Below, piece by piece: positions 41,640-53,470 of a stretch of DNA of 64,000 bases. The translations under genes and the position numbers were made by a program. The notes under the pieces are model-generated. The model saw only the letters and a list, made by a program, of their open reading frames with translations, searched no databases and was not told where the DNA came from. Position 1 is the stretch's first letter. Every line of letters begins with the position of its first letter. Source of the stretch: Octopus sinensis (Eukaryota); contig NC_043019.1 of assembly GCF_006345805.1 (NCBI RefSeq), positions 24,923,360 through 24,987,359 of the forward strand, written 5' to 3'.

Positions 41640-43177
41640 TTATTATTATTATTACCATTATTATTATTGCTATCACATCGTAGAACAAGTTCCGCATTCG
41701 CTTCTTGCTATGTTGCTTTCAATAACGTCTGATGAATCCTTAAAATTCTACACTTTTGTAATATAGCAGAGAAATATAAAAGAAAGGAGATGGGGAAGGA
41801 CAGAGATGACAAATGTCCCATACACATTCTATCGGAACTATGATTTTTCTAGTATTATTTGTTTTTGTATGTCGTGTTATTTAATAAAAGTGGAATGATT
41901 AAAGATTATGCGTTATATATAACTTTTCTTTCAAACACACATTTCAAACATAACAATGCTCGAGTAAAAGTTTATAATTTCATTATGTTTAGTTTGGAAA
42001 CAGTAATGTTCTTAACTTGATTAACATTTCAAAACCGTCTTCCCAAGCACTTCTTCTGAAGGAAGAAATGGTTATCACGCTTTGTTACCGCGTTTTATGG
42101 AAAGCAGCAAAAGTTCAGAAGAAGAATCTTCTAACTGATGAAACTGCCATCGCTGAATTTAAAATTGTTTAATGACTAACTTATGATTACTCTCATAGCT
42201 TATTTTTTGTGTGCTGAATCAATGTGTTGAGATATTGGTTTGTCTTTTGCTAAATATTCTCGAAACACATGTATGAATTCAGGCACCCAGGAAGCCGACA
42301 GATGATGCGCCCCTTCATTATCTAAATATATACGGAATTTAAGGGATGATAAAATTTATTATGAAATTTATTATAGAGCTTCCTCCTGCATTAATGGTTC
42401 CAGAAGGCGTGGTCCCTGTTTCTCATATAAGTATAGTATATTATTACAACCTTTTACAAATTTGAACAAACTACCAAAATTGGAGAATTCTTACAAACGT
42501 TTACGACGCTATTTGTTGAGTAATGTTTAACAACTACTATTCAACAAATATACTGATTTTCTACTTCAACTGTTTGGGCAATATATATATATATGAATAT
42601 ATATGAGGGAGATAGAGAGAAGGAAGAAGAGAGAGATTAACAGATACAAAGAATAGGAACCACATGCACGCATACATAAGTGAGCATGTTTGAGTGTTGT
42701 GTGTGTGATTAATACAAAATAATACAACTCAGAATAATATAATAAAACACCGAAAATACTACTAATGGCTGTTGTTAATGTTGTTGATGTGGTAATAATC
42801 ATATAATAGAGATAACCGACTCCCGGGTAACCGGATTCAGTTCCCTGGGGCATTTGCATCATTAACTCCATTAGTGGCCTACCGAATTGGTTAAATGTAG
42901 CAACTTTTATTTCCACTATCATCCATCGGTAAATGTCTCTCCTCCTTTGATACTAATACTGAGGATAGTGGAATTTCGGAATCGATAGAGCATCTGACAA
43001 ATACCTTGTGGTATGTGGTACTTAGTTATATCCCTCTACGTTCGAAATCCGCTTAACTTTCCCTGTTTTTTTTTTTTGAAGTGGATAAAATCAATACCCG
43101 TCAATTAATGAAATTAATATAATCGACCGCAAATTTCACTTATTATCGAAGGCTTTGATATATAAATGTATAGACTG

Positions 43178-43190
43178 ATAGGTAAATAGG

Positions 43191-43259
<69 letters not shown>

Positions 43260-43381
43260 TGATAGGTAGGTAGATAGATAGATTGATAGGTAGGTAGATA
43301 GATAGATAGGTAGATAGGTAGGTAGGTAGATAGATAGATGATAGGTAGGTAGATAGATAGATAGGTAGATAGGTAGGTAGG

Positions 43382-43463
<82 letters not shown>

Positions 43464-43465
43464 GA
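43178..43465. repeat. Compound (GATA)n/(GGTA)n microsatellite
   Basis: Direct reading. Confidence 0.95.
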
Positions 43466-44990
43466 TGTGTGCGTGTGCGTGTGCGTGTGTAAAAGCTGGC
43501 ACTTCAGTTTCGATTTTCTGCCGTATCCTGCTATTTTAGCGTTCGAAACTCCTGAAATTCGCAACTTATTTAACCCGTTTTCTTTTGTTGTTGTTGTTGT
43601 TGTTTGATTAATTCTAAGGCTGACGGCTTTTTGTAAAAAATAATAATGTTGTTATATGTGTATTGATTAGTGCCTTAAGGCAGAGGTGAGGTGTCCAATC
43701 TACGAGCCCAGCATCGAAAACTCAGTTGGAACCAGCCCTTTTTTATTTTACGCCTGCTACATTGGAAATTATGAATGAACTCAACAACCTCACAGTTTGC
43801 CTCAGCTGAGGGATTCTGGTTTCATTCAATATGAGAAACAGTAATCTAAATGTCGCTTTCTTTAGTTAGATGGTTCGATAGTGGTTTTATTAGTACCATC
43901 GAGAATACGTTGATGAGACCAAACTAGAGCAGCACCATGGTACATCACCACACTAAGTGCTACTTTAAGAGGTATCAACACCACAAGAGAAGATGCTATC
44001 ACATGGACTACCACCACAGGGAGCACCTCTAGAGAAAGTACAACTGAGCCATACATTAAATACCACATGAAATAACAGCACAAGGATCCTCTCCGAGAAA
44101 TATGAGGGCTGAACAGTATTTCATATTTAATGATTATTTTTATCTTCTGATTTTTTTCGACTTTTGGTGATGTTCATTCGCTGTCCTTCTGGACACTTTC
44201 ATTTTTATCATTCATAAAAATAATTCAGAAACTTTTTCTTTTGCATCTTTTTCTTTTCAAATTTTTCAAAGTTTTCTTTTATTTTTGAGTTGTTTCCAAT
44301 TTATTTTTACTTTCATTTGTAAACAATTATCATTATTATTCTTATCATTGGCACCAGCCTCTTTTAACTATTATCCAAATTTTGCTTTATCTTTAAGACA
44401 CATAACATTTATCGTATGGAAAGAAAACGTATTCAGAAGCCAAAATGGCAACTAACAAAAACAAAATCAATTATCAATCACTATAATTTAGAAAACATAT
44501 CGACAAACCACAAAGTCTAACTATTAATGAACTAAACAAATTGAAGTTCGTGTGTGCTTCTATATATAAAATATGTGTGTGTGTGTGTACATACATACAT
44601 ACGTACATACATATATACATATACACATATATATATGTATGTAGGTAGAAAGGTAGGTAAGTATGTATGTATAATACAACTGTTACAGTGTTTTTTGCAT
44701 TTTTTAAATATTGTTTTATTTAGATTTAAATTACTGTCACATTAGTCTTTGGAATAACAATGTATAATAGGAAAAATTCAAAACAATAATTGATTATCTA
44801 GACCCTAGACTTGAAATTTCGGGTCAGCGTCTCCTGTTTTATCTTCTCAACCCTGGGTGGGAAGAAAAGCATGGTTAGCCTCGGTGGAACTCGAAATTAA
44901 AATGTCGGAATAAATTCCAGAAGGAATTAACGATTCTGCCAATCCGCAAATAATAATAATAATAATAATAATATAATAATAATGATGATG

Positions 44991-45029
<39 letters not shown>

Positions 45030-45044
45030 TAATAATAATAATAA

Positions 45045-45081
<37 letters not shown>

Positions 45082-45470
45082 TAATAATAATTATAATAAT
45101 AATAATTCTTTTATATTATGTAATGATCCAAGTAAGTCTGCTGGAGACAAGACATGTATATTACAATGGTACGTTTCAAAAGACTATTCTCATACGTGTG
45201 AATGTGTACGTGTGTATATACATGCATATATATATATAATTAAAATTATTTTTGTGCATGTGTTCAACGTTTCGGACGATGTTATTCTTCAGGGAAAGGG
45301 AGTAATTTTGCTGTGTCCTTTCTGAATGTGAAACAAGAGTGAAACAAGTGCCTTGGCTGACATTCAAAAAATTTTGGGCAATCAATTACATTAGAAACTC
45401 TTTTAAACCTATACATATATGTTTGCGTGTATGTATATACATATATATGAATTATTATTATATAAACATA

Positions 45471-45544
<74 letters not shown>

Positions 45545-45627
45545 AATATACATATGTATAGATGTATTTTTTTCAAATATAATTTCTTTATAAAATGTAA
45601 AACAATAAGCAAGAACTGATCACTTAC

Positions 45628-45689
45628 CCCACTAGAGTACAACCGAAGTGGACCGGTTTCCTACTATGGTAAGTAAAGAATGGTCGTCT
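45628..45689 (-). other. Candidate non-coding first exon of rhodopsin
   Basis: Lies about 30 nt downstream of a TATAAAAG, contains no ATG, and ends in a consensus donor GGG|GTAAGT at 45627. The link to the 19555 acceptor is inferred, not shown. Confidence 0.5.
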
Positions 45690-45707
45690 GGCCAATGCTT
45701 AAGGTTG

Positions 45708-45824
45708 CTTTTATACGAACTAATCACTCACACCCAACATGGCGTCCGCTTGATCCGTTGTCTTTTTGTGACACTGATTTAGTATAAGCAGCTCCTTTTC
45801 TCCCTCTTTCTCTATCGCTCTCCC

Positions 45825-45856
<32 letters not shown>

Positions 45857-45985
45857 TAACTTCTACCTCTCTTTTTCTCTCTCTCTTTCTGTGTTATGGG
45901 AGTTGTCCGACGTAAGAGATGAGTAAGTTAAAAGGATTAAACAGACAAATCAATCCGAACGATTGAAGAAGATCTCACGTCAGGC
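45708..45985 (-). promoter_or_regulatory. Candidate rhodopsin core/proximal promoter
   Basis: TATAAAAG 45715-45708; TAATCA 45721-45726; YY1-like AACATGGCG 45736-45744; K50-homeodomain TAATCC (- strand) 45939-45934; CRE-like TGACGTGA 45982-45975. Confidence 0.45.
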
Positions 45986-46183
45986 TAAAACGAACGGGTG
46001 GGTCCGTGCGTACACCCGCTCTACTTTCTCAATCGCCCGGAGCTATTGGGCGATGATGATACGTCATGCTGATGCGATGAAAAGCTAAACGGACGTAAAT
46101 ATGTGTATGTGTGTGTGCATGTATGTGTGTGTGCATGTATGTGTGTATGTATGTGTGTTTGTACGTGTAAGTAAATAAATAAA

Positions 46184-46230
<47 letters not shown>

Positions 46231-47129
46231 AGTAGTAGAAACTAAGTGATTTGTGTGATCAGAGAATTTTGAAGGCGTATGAGGTGGAGGGGGTAACGGT
46301 GGGGGCATAAGGAAGAAAAAGAAATAGGAGAGTAGAAAGAGGTGAAGATAAAGGGAGAGAGAAAAAAGGAGAGCGGGAGAATGAGGGAGAGTAGAGAAAA
46401 AAGATGAGGAAATGAGAAAGAGGAGGAAAGAAAAATCAAGAGATGAATGTAAAGGAAGAAAGAAAGAGGAGATGGAGGAAAGAGATATAGAGAGAGAAGG
46501 TGAGTGTGTGAGATAGAGAACATAAGGGAGAGAGAGTGAAGGGATGAAAAAGGAGGGGAAAAAGGGTTAGAAAAAGGCAGAATGAAAAGACGAAGAGGGC
46601 GAAAAGCGTAAGAGAGGGTGCAAGAGATAAAGTGAAAGGGAAGAGGGAGAAATGTGTGATAGAGAGAGAGAGAGAGAGAGAAGGGGATTGAAGAAAGGGT
46701 GAATGGTGTGAGAGAGGGTGATGAACAAAGCCCATATTAAAGCTTCGTTTAATTCAACTTAAGAATCAGCACGATTAACATCAATTGATTATAACCAATC
46801 AATGGTGGTGGCGACGGCGGCGGAGGTGGTGGTGGCGATGTTACAGTGCATTGTAGATTATTACATTATTTTTATCTCCTTGTTTTTTGTTTGTTTGTTT
46901 GTTGATTTTGTTGTTTTTCCTTTTTTGTTTAATTTAATTTTTTTTTTCTTTATTTAAAAAAAAAATCATATTTCGTTTCGTTCATTCACGCACATACGCA
47001 CATACATGTACATACATACATACATACATACATACATACATACATACATACATACATGCATACATACCTGCATACATACATACATGCATACACATACCTA
47101 AACATACGCACAGACGTACACACACACAT

Positions 47130-47174
<45 letters not shown>

Positions 47175-47503
47175 CATACATATGCACATATATATATACA
47201 TACATATGCATATATATATATACATACATATGCACATATGCATATATGTACGTATGCAAGCATGTATACAATGCATATACCTATGCCCATGCACACATAT
47301 ATACGTACATATACGCACGTATACTTATTTTTTACTCATTTACAGATTTCAGGGTTTCAGGCAAGAAATGATCATACGCATACATACACAGAAAAACATG
47401 CACGCATATCTTTTTCTCCCGCATCTTTCTCCATTTCTATGAGGGAAGGGTGCGGTTATCCCAGCACACACACACATACAAATATATATATATATAATAT
47501 ATA

Positions 47504-47552
<49 letters not shown>

Positions 47553-47562
47553 GTGTGTGTGC

Positions 47563-47602
<40 letters not shown>

Positions 47603-47611
47603 GTGTGTGTG

Positions 47612-47674
<63 letters not shown>

Positions 47675-47787
47675 ATATATATATATTATTAATCCCCCTC
47701 CAAAAAAACGAAGAAAAAACAACAATGTGAGGACGTGGTACATGCAAAGTATTAACAGACGCTCAGGGAAGGAAAGAAAGGTAGTTT

Positions 47788-47814
47788 TACGTTTCGAGCA
47801 AAGCTCTTCTTCAG
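47788..47814 (-). ncRNA. Minimal hammerhead-like motif (family 2), weak helix I
   Basis: Order: CUGAAGA, extra A, GAGC-UUU-GCUC, GAAA, CG, UA. Helix I only about 3 bp (guu/aac) with a mismatch next to the core. Confidence 0.5.
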
Positions 47815-48137
47815 GAACAGCAGACAGAGGAAAGTCTAAGAGAAAAGGAAGACGGAGGAAAAAAATCGCTAACTATCCACATATATATAACAGAGATAAT
47901 AGTAAGGGATTATCAATCCTCGGTCAAAATACTCCATAAGCTCTCTGTTGATATACCAGGCTAACAATATTGTTTAGATTAATGAAGAATTCTAAATATT
48001 CTTATAGCAGGGTCGGAGATTATGGTTCATCACAATTCTATATTATAAATTTGTGGCTGGGCTCCAGAGAGTTTCTGAAATGTTACTACATACGTTCTGT
48101 TGGCGATATTTTTCCTTCTCTAGACTTTTTTCTGTTA

Positions 48138-48176
48138 GCCTTTCTGACGAAGAGCTATCCTCGAAACGTCAAAAGC
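48138..48176 (+). ncRNA. Minimal type I hammerhead-like motif (family 2)
   Basis: Order: gccuuu, CUGACGA, extra A, GAG-CUAUC-CUC, GAAA, CG, UC, aaaagc. Helix I 5/6 paired, palindromic ACGU helix III, GUC triplet. Confidence 0.65.
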
Positions 48177-48303
48177 TCTTTCTCTTTACCGTCAAATTAA
48201 TAGATTCCATGTGCGCGTCCTATTGTTGTTTTTGCTAATTTAAATGTTCGATTTTTTTATTTGACTATACATACATACACACACATACACACAATCACAC
48301 ACG

Positions 48304-48340
<37 letters not shown>

Positions 48341-48436
48341 CGGGAAGCTTTATGAAAATAAACAAAAGACGAAGGCAGGTGGAATACAAACAAACAATTG
48401 TATTAGTATGGCGCTCAGGAATATAAATAAAACAAG

Positions 48437-48474
48437 TCCTTTACGTTTCGATCCTACGCTCTTCAACAGAAAGA
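48437..48474 (-). ncRNA. Degenerate hammerhead-like motif (family 2; A6 changed to U)
   Basis: Order: ucuuu, CUGUUGA, extra A, GAGC-GUAG-GAUC, GAAA, CG, UA, aagga. Core and helix II substitutions predict inactivity. Confidence 0.45.
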
Positions 48475-48594
48475 TACACAGAAAAGAAACACGGAAAGAA
48501 ACAAGGAGAGAAAAAAATGCGTGCAGAAGCTAGCGAATCAACATGGCGATATATCAACATGGCGATATATCAACATGGCGATATATGAACATGG

Positions 48595-48636
<42 letters not shown>

Positions 48637-49757
48637 TTCAACACTAACCAATTTTCTTTCACCCTTGGTCCCAATTCATGGTGAGATGGTGAGAACAGCA
48701 GTCTCACTAATTCTATTCCTGCATTTCGTTTATTCCCGTTAACTTGATAGAAATATCTCTTTCACGTAATATGAATGATGGCTCGGTGCCCTCTTTGACA
48801 CCCTTACGGCAACTCCAGGATAGGGAGAGTTCTCCTGCCCTGTTAGGCAATTCACCTAGAAGGCCACTTCAATGTAAAGCCTACAGCTCGCTTCTCAGTG
48901 CAACTTTTTTTAGCTCGCCAAAGATCAATTGTCAGATCTTCAAGTCCAAAGCGTGAGATCGGTTTGAGCGGACTAACTCTCATTTTAAAACAACGAAGCG
49001 CAGGCAGGAAAAAAATCCTTGCAGTGACGGAGAAGAGACTAAAACGCTGGTTAAGGGATAATACTAGCAGTCATAGACTCAACTCCGGATATAGGCGTGC
49101 CGCTAATCCTCATTGTTTTCGGACTCAAAGAACCGCCATAAAAAATCAATAACATAATAAGGTTCTGTGGTCCTGTTTTTTTTTTTTTAATTCTAACCCC
49201 TGATCACTGGCCTATTGGGTTTTTCTCAGAGTAAGTCCGATTAGAAGACATATTTATCAATGGAAAATGTTATCAACAAAGAAAGTCTGCACTCTTGTAA
49301 TAATTAGCTGTTTATCATAATTTATTACATAAGTATAAATGTGTGTGTGTGGTTCTTCCGTGTGTATGCTTGTGTGAGTGTTTGTGTGTGAGTGTGATGT
49401 GTTTGTAAGAACGAAAACAGAAAGAATATTTGTATTCTTGTGAAAGCGATGTGCATGTTGTTTCGTGTGTTATATGTATGTGTGTGTACGTGTGTATGTG
49501 TGCATATATGTTTGTATGTATGTATGTATGTATGTATGTATGTGTGTATGTATGTATGTATGTATGTGTGTGTGTGTGTGTCTGGTACTGTATGAGCTTT
49601 GGCTACAGCAACATGCCCGCCTCCACGTGGCAACCGTCACAATTGGATGAAAGTTATAAATTATTAATATAAGCATTTCTAATTAATTAAGCCTGGTTCT
49701 TTGGTGCCTCTCACACGCACTGTGTTCATCAGACTCTATCAAAAAGAAAAATCTATT

Positions 49758-49816
<59 letters not shown>

Positions 49817-50158
49817 CATCAGATCCATTTAAATAAATATCTACACTAGAATTAACATACCGGCTGGAAGTATAAACGAAACGAGTCGAATGACCCAGTC
49901 TTCGATGACACATTAGTATTGATATGAAACGGAATTGTTTAGTTGTGCAAGCTCAGTCCATTATTGATCGATCAAATGACTTATGAACCTCACAAAAGCA
50001 CCCAGCTGATTGGGTCCGATCTACAGATTCATCATTCAGATGTACCGTAGTTCCACATGTCTGGGGACCATGATGCATCACCCTACATGAGTTGGGTTAC
50101 AGCTGGGATGTGTGACCCTCTCTGACAAATCCGTTTCTGTACGCCACTGTCTGGAACT

Positions 50159-50557
50159 CTTTCGTCACACGTCTGTGACCTCTTCAGCCACACTTTTCGT
50201 TTTCGTGTGTGTTCTTGCTCCACTTATTCCATTCGGATCTTAGGACAGCAGCAGCGGCACAATGGGGTGAGAGAATGGGGCTGAGGGGAAGGTCACACTG
50301 CCGCTAAAAACTATGACACACACACACACACAAGCATATATGCACACATACACACACACAAGCATATATGCACACATACACACACACAAGCATATATGCA
50401 CACATACACACACACGCACACAAACACACACAAACAAGAACACAAACGCATGCACAAAAGGATACACATTTTAGAAGAACAGAATGGAGTAAGTGGAGCA
50501 AGAACACACACGAAAACGAAAAGTGTCGCTGAAGAGGTCACAGATGTGTGACGAAAG
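50159..50557. repeat. 76-bp inverted repeat (73/76) whose arms contain a hammerhead-like core (family 3)
   Basis: Arms 50159-50234 and 50482-50557; each reads CUGAAGA, extra G, GUCACA-GAYG-UGUGAC, GAAA on its strand. The spacer holds (CA)n/catatatg repeats. Confidence 0.8.
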
Positions 50558-50635
50558 ACTTCTGGATAATGGACATTAGTTAAAATAATAAAATAAGAAC
50601 AGTTCTTCTAAGATATGTGTCCTTATGTGCGCATG

Positions 50636-50712
<77 letters not shown>

Positions 50713-50799
50713 ATGTGTACTGCATCAGGGCGTGTGTGTCTGGTACTGCATCAGGGCATTTCCAATCATTTAAGATCAGAAGCCATGGGAACCAGTGCC

Positions 50800-50856
<57 letters not shown>

Positions 50857-50859
50857 CAT

Positions 50860-51165
50860 TCAGTAGTAGTATTTTTATCACGTGCTTTTACTGCACTACC
50901 GAGTGCAGCTCTGTGTGCCTTGGGTATGTGCTGTGGTTTGTTGTGGTGCTCTTCTTTTTGCTTTATTGAAATTGTTTTCCGTAGGATGTATGCGGTGTCT
51001 AGTATTTTTTTTATGTTATATAAACTTGTTAGTCCTGGCATTTTTATTATGTATCTGTCTGAATTTTTTTTTTGTCATACCTAATGCACCTACTATGATA
51101 GTATACTATGAGAGTCTGTTTGTTAAACTCTACATTCGAATTACCTCTATTTCCAGATTTCTTAT
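50860..51165 (-). mobile_element. Second R4/Dong-like LINE 3' end abutting a (TAA)n tract
   Basis: LEIEVIRM*...IIVGALGM...PGLTSLYNIKK...TAYILRKTIS, then a 3' UTR running into the (TAA)n tract at 50801-50858. Confidence 0.6.
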
Positions 51166-51339
51166 TATTGTTGTTGTCGCTGTTGTTACAATTCTTTAAA
51201 TTCTGCATCTTTCCCATATCTTTCCGAGTGTCACCCTGATGCCTGAGACAGAATTCGCTAATGAATTTAACAATCAATTGGTTTTCAACTGTCGCCATAG
51301 AGCAGAAACAGAACAGTAAATGCCTTTGCCAAGTACTTC

Positions 51340-51640
51340 AATTGATAATGCCTTTTTCAAGACATTAACAGAGTGCCAATCAGCGCTTTTTTTTTTATCT
51401 CTTGCAGGGATTGCTTTCCATATATTTGTTCAAAATACTTTTTTGTCTCCTTTTTTATCATTCCATGTGCACCGATTATCACGGCCTGAAGATGCCACAT
51501 TTTCTCAATTTCAATTATCAGGTCTTTATATTTACTAAGCTTTCGGAACACTTTCCGGGAGATGCTGCAATCAGATGGTATGCTCAAGTCAATTAAAAGG
51601 CATGTTTTCTTTTTACAACTCTTCACAGTTATATCGGGTC
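51340..51640 (-). mobile_element. R4/Dong-like LINE restriction-like endonuclease fragment
   Basis: KTCLLIDLSIPSD...KLSKYKDLIIEIEKMW...VIIGAHG...KALIGT resembles the C-terminal RLE domain of R2/R4-group elements. Confidence 0.65.
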
Positions 51641-52059
51641 TATTGGCCCTGATCTTTCTCGACTGTGAAGTTTCGCTTCATAGCTGAAGCCATATTTCGG
51701 TCAAACATTAATGCAGGCAGTAAAATCCGTTTCTCACAGCAATCTCTCTTTCCATTCAAGATCCCTGATAGATTCCCCGTATTTATGTCCTCAACTTCTG
51801 TACTTTGTTGTCAAACTTATGTACTCTATGTTGTACTCTATGTCATTCTTGATTAATATTATGTTAAGACATTTTATTTTTGACACTTGCCAATGGCCAG
51901 ACATGGGTTAATATTCAACAGACCAACAAAACGCAACACTAATAAACAAACTCATTAAAATATATAATTAAGTATCCGCTTGGCATAGAAACTTGGAAAA
52001 AGTTTTATCAAAGGATAACAATGATGCGTTCTAATACTGGCGACATTTTGGAACCTTGA

Positions 52060-52500
52060 AATGGAGAAAAAAATTAACTTGCTTGGAATTCGAACTAAGA
52101 ACTTAAGGAACCAGAACAAATCCTGCAAGGATATTTTACCAGACGCTTTGACGACCCTGCCAACCTACCACCCTATTGAGAATCCTTTCTTATTTTGAGA
52201 GGTGGAAAAGGATTACAACGGCCCCAGTGTTCAACTGGTATTTATTTTATCGATTCCGAAAGCATGAAATGCAAAGTCGACCTCGTCGCAATTTGAACAC
52301 AGGACGTAAAGCCAGACGAAATGTTGCTGAGTATTTAGTCCGGCTCGCTGTCTTGACCACTCGATTATATAGACTCTAATATTTAACTAGAGGAATAAAA
52401 GCCAAAGCTGAACTCGGTGAGATTTGAACTCAGAACGTAAAGCGGTAGAACAAATACCACAGGGTATTTTCTCAGACATGTTAGCAATTCTGCCAGCCCA
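52060..52500 (-). mobile_element. Cluster of about three degenerate SINE family A fragments
   Basis: Repeated atttgaactcagaac / ctgccagc reverse-complement heads and cores. Confidence 0.6.
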
Positions 52501-52899
52501 CCGTTCTTAATTTACTTTTCAATAGACACAAGGCAACGCCGGTGTCGAGGTTCAAACTTGCCGTTCACATGTAAGAACTATAAGGTCTGACTGAGTTAGT
52601 AATGAAAATGAATGTTCTTGCCGATCCAAATTGCTGCAGCATCGATGCATAAATAAAGAGTTATGATGTATGGGACATGCTTTCGGAAAGCTCTTAATTA
52701 AGATGCGGGAGTAACCGTATTAAAATATTTCTACATCTATGTTTGTGCATCTAATTTCCAGATTTAAAAGTTTGAATCGATAAAGGATTAGAATGGCTCT
52801 CTGTTAACGAGATAAAATATTTTATCAGATATATTCCTCCATCTGCCTTCCCTGCTAACAATTCCTAAGAGACTCGTGGGGTTTCGAGACCTAAGGCAC

Positions 52900-53470
52900 T
52901 TCCTCTTTAAGGTCCTACAATAAGCAACCCTCATTAAACTTTCTGGCTGAAATCCTAAGCATGACCAACTGAGATTTTGAATAGATTATGAGATTATCCA
53001 ACTATCTCATTCTTTATCCAATTCTGTCCTGCTGGTTGACTCAGTTTGAAGAATCCGTCTTGCGATTCCTGCAACACTCTAATCACATGTCCGCAGCACA
53101 AGAACTGTGACTTCTCAATGAGGAGAATAGCGGCTCTACAGGGAGAAACTCCTTGATCTCCGAACTTCGAAACTTGTTAAGTAACATTACTCTAGAGATC
53201 CCCCGGAGGATTCCCATTTCGGCCTCTTGCATTGGTCATCGTATTCTTTCGGTCATTACCCAATATTCATGACTATCGATGAGGTTAGGCACAAAAACCG
53301 AATTAATGACAGTAAGTTTGGATGTTTTACCAATTCCCCTTCTTCTGAAGATCAAAAGAAAAGGGCTGCAGCATCACTGTGCCAGCACTTGCAATCTTAG
53401 AATCCAACTCAGCCTCCTGCATCCCCTAACTTGTGAATATGGTTCCGAGATATTTAAACTTCTCCGCTTG
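52900..53470 (-). mobile_element. Heavily decayed RTE-like LINE remnant
   Basis: Minus-strand IEKSQFLCCGHVIRV resembles the RTE IEKxQLRWxGHVxRM block; no intact ORF. Confidence 0.35.

Noticed and set aside
45262-45296. CUGAAGA...CC-GAAACGUU on the minus strand near the candidate first exon
   Set aside because: No helix II pairing and no convincing helix I.
45660-45680. Plus-strand ATG|GTAAGT donor-like site
   Set aside because: No plus-strand acceptor, ORF or partner exon found; it overlaps the better-supported minus-strand unit.
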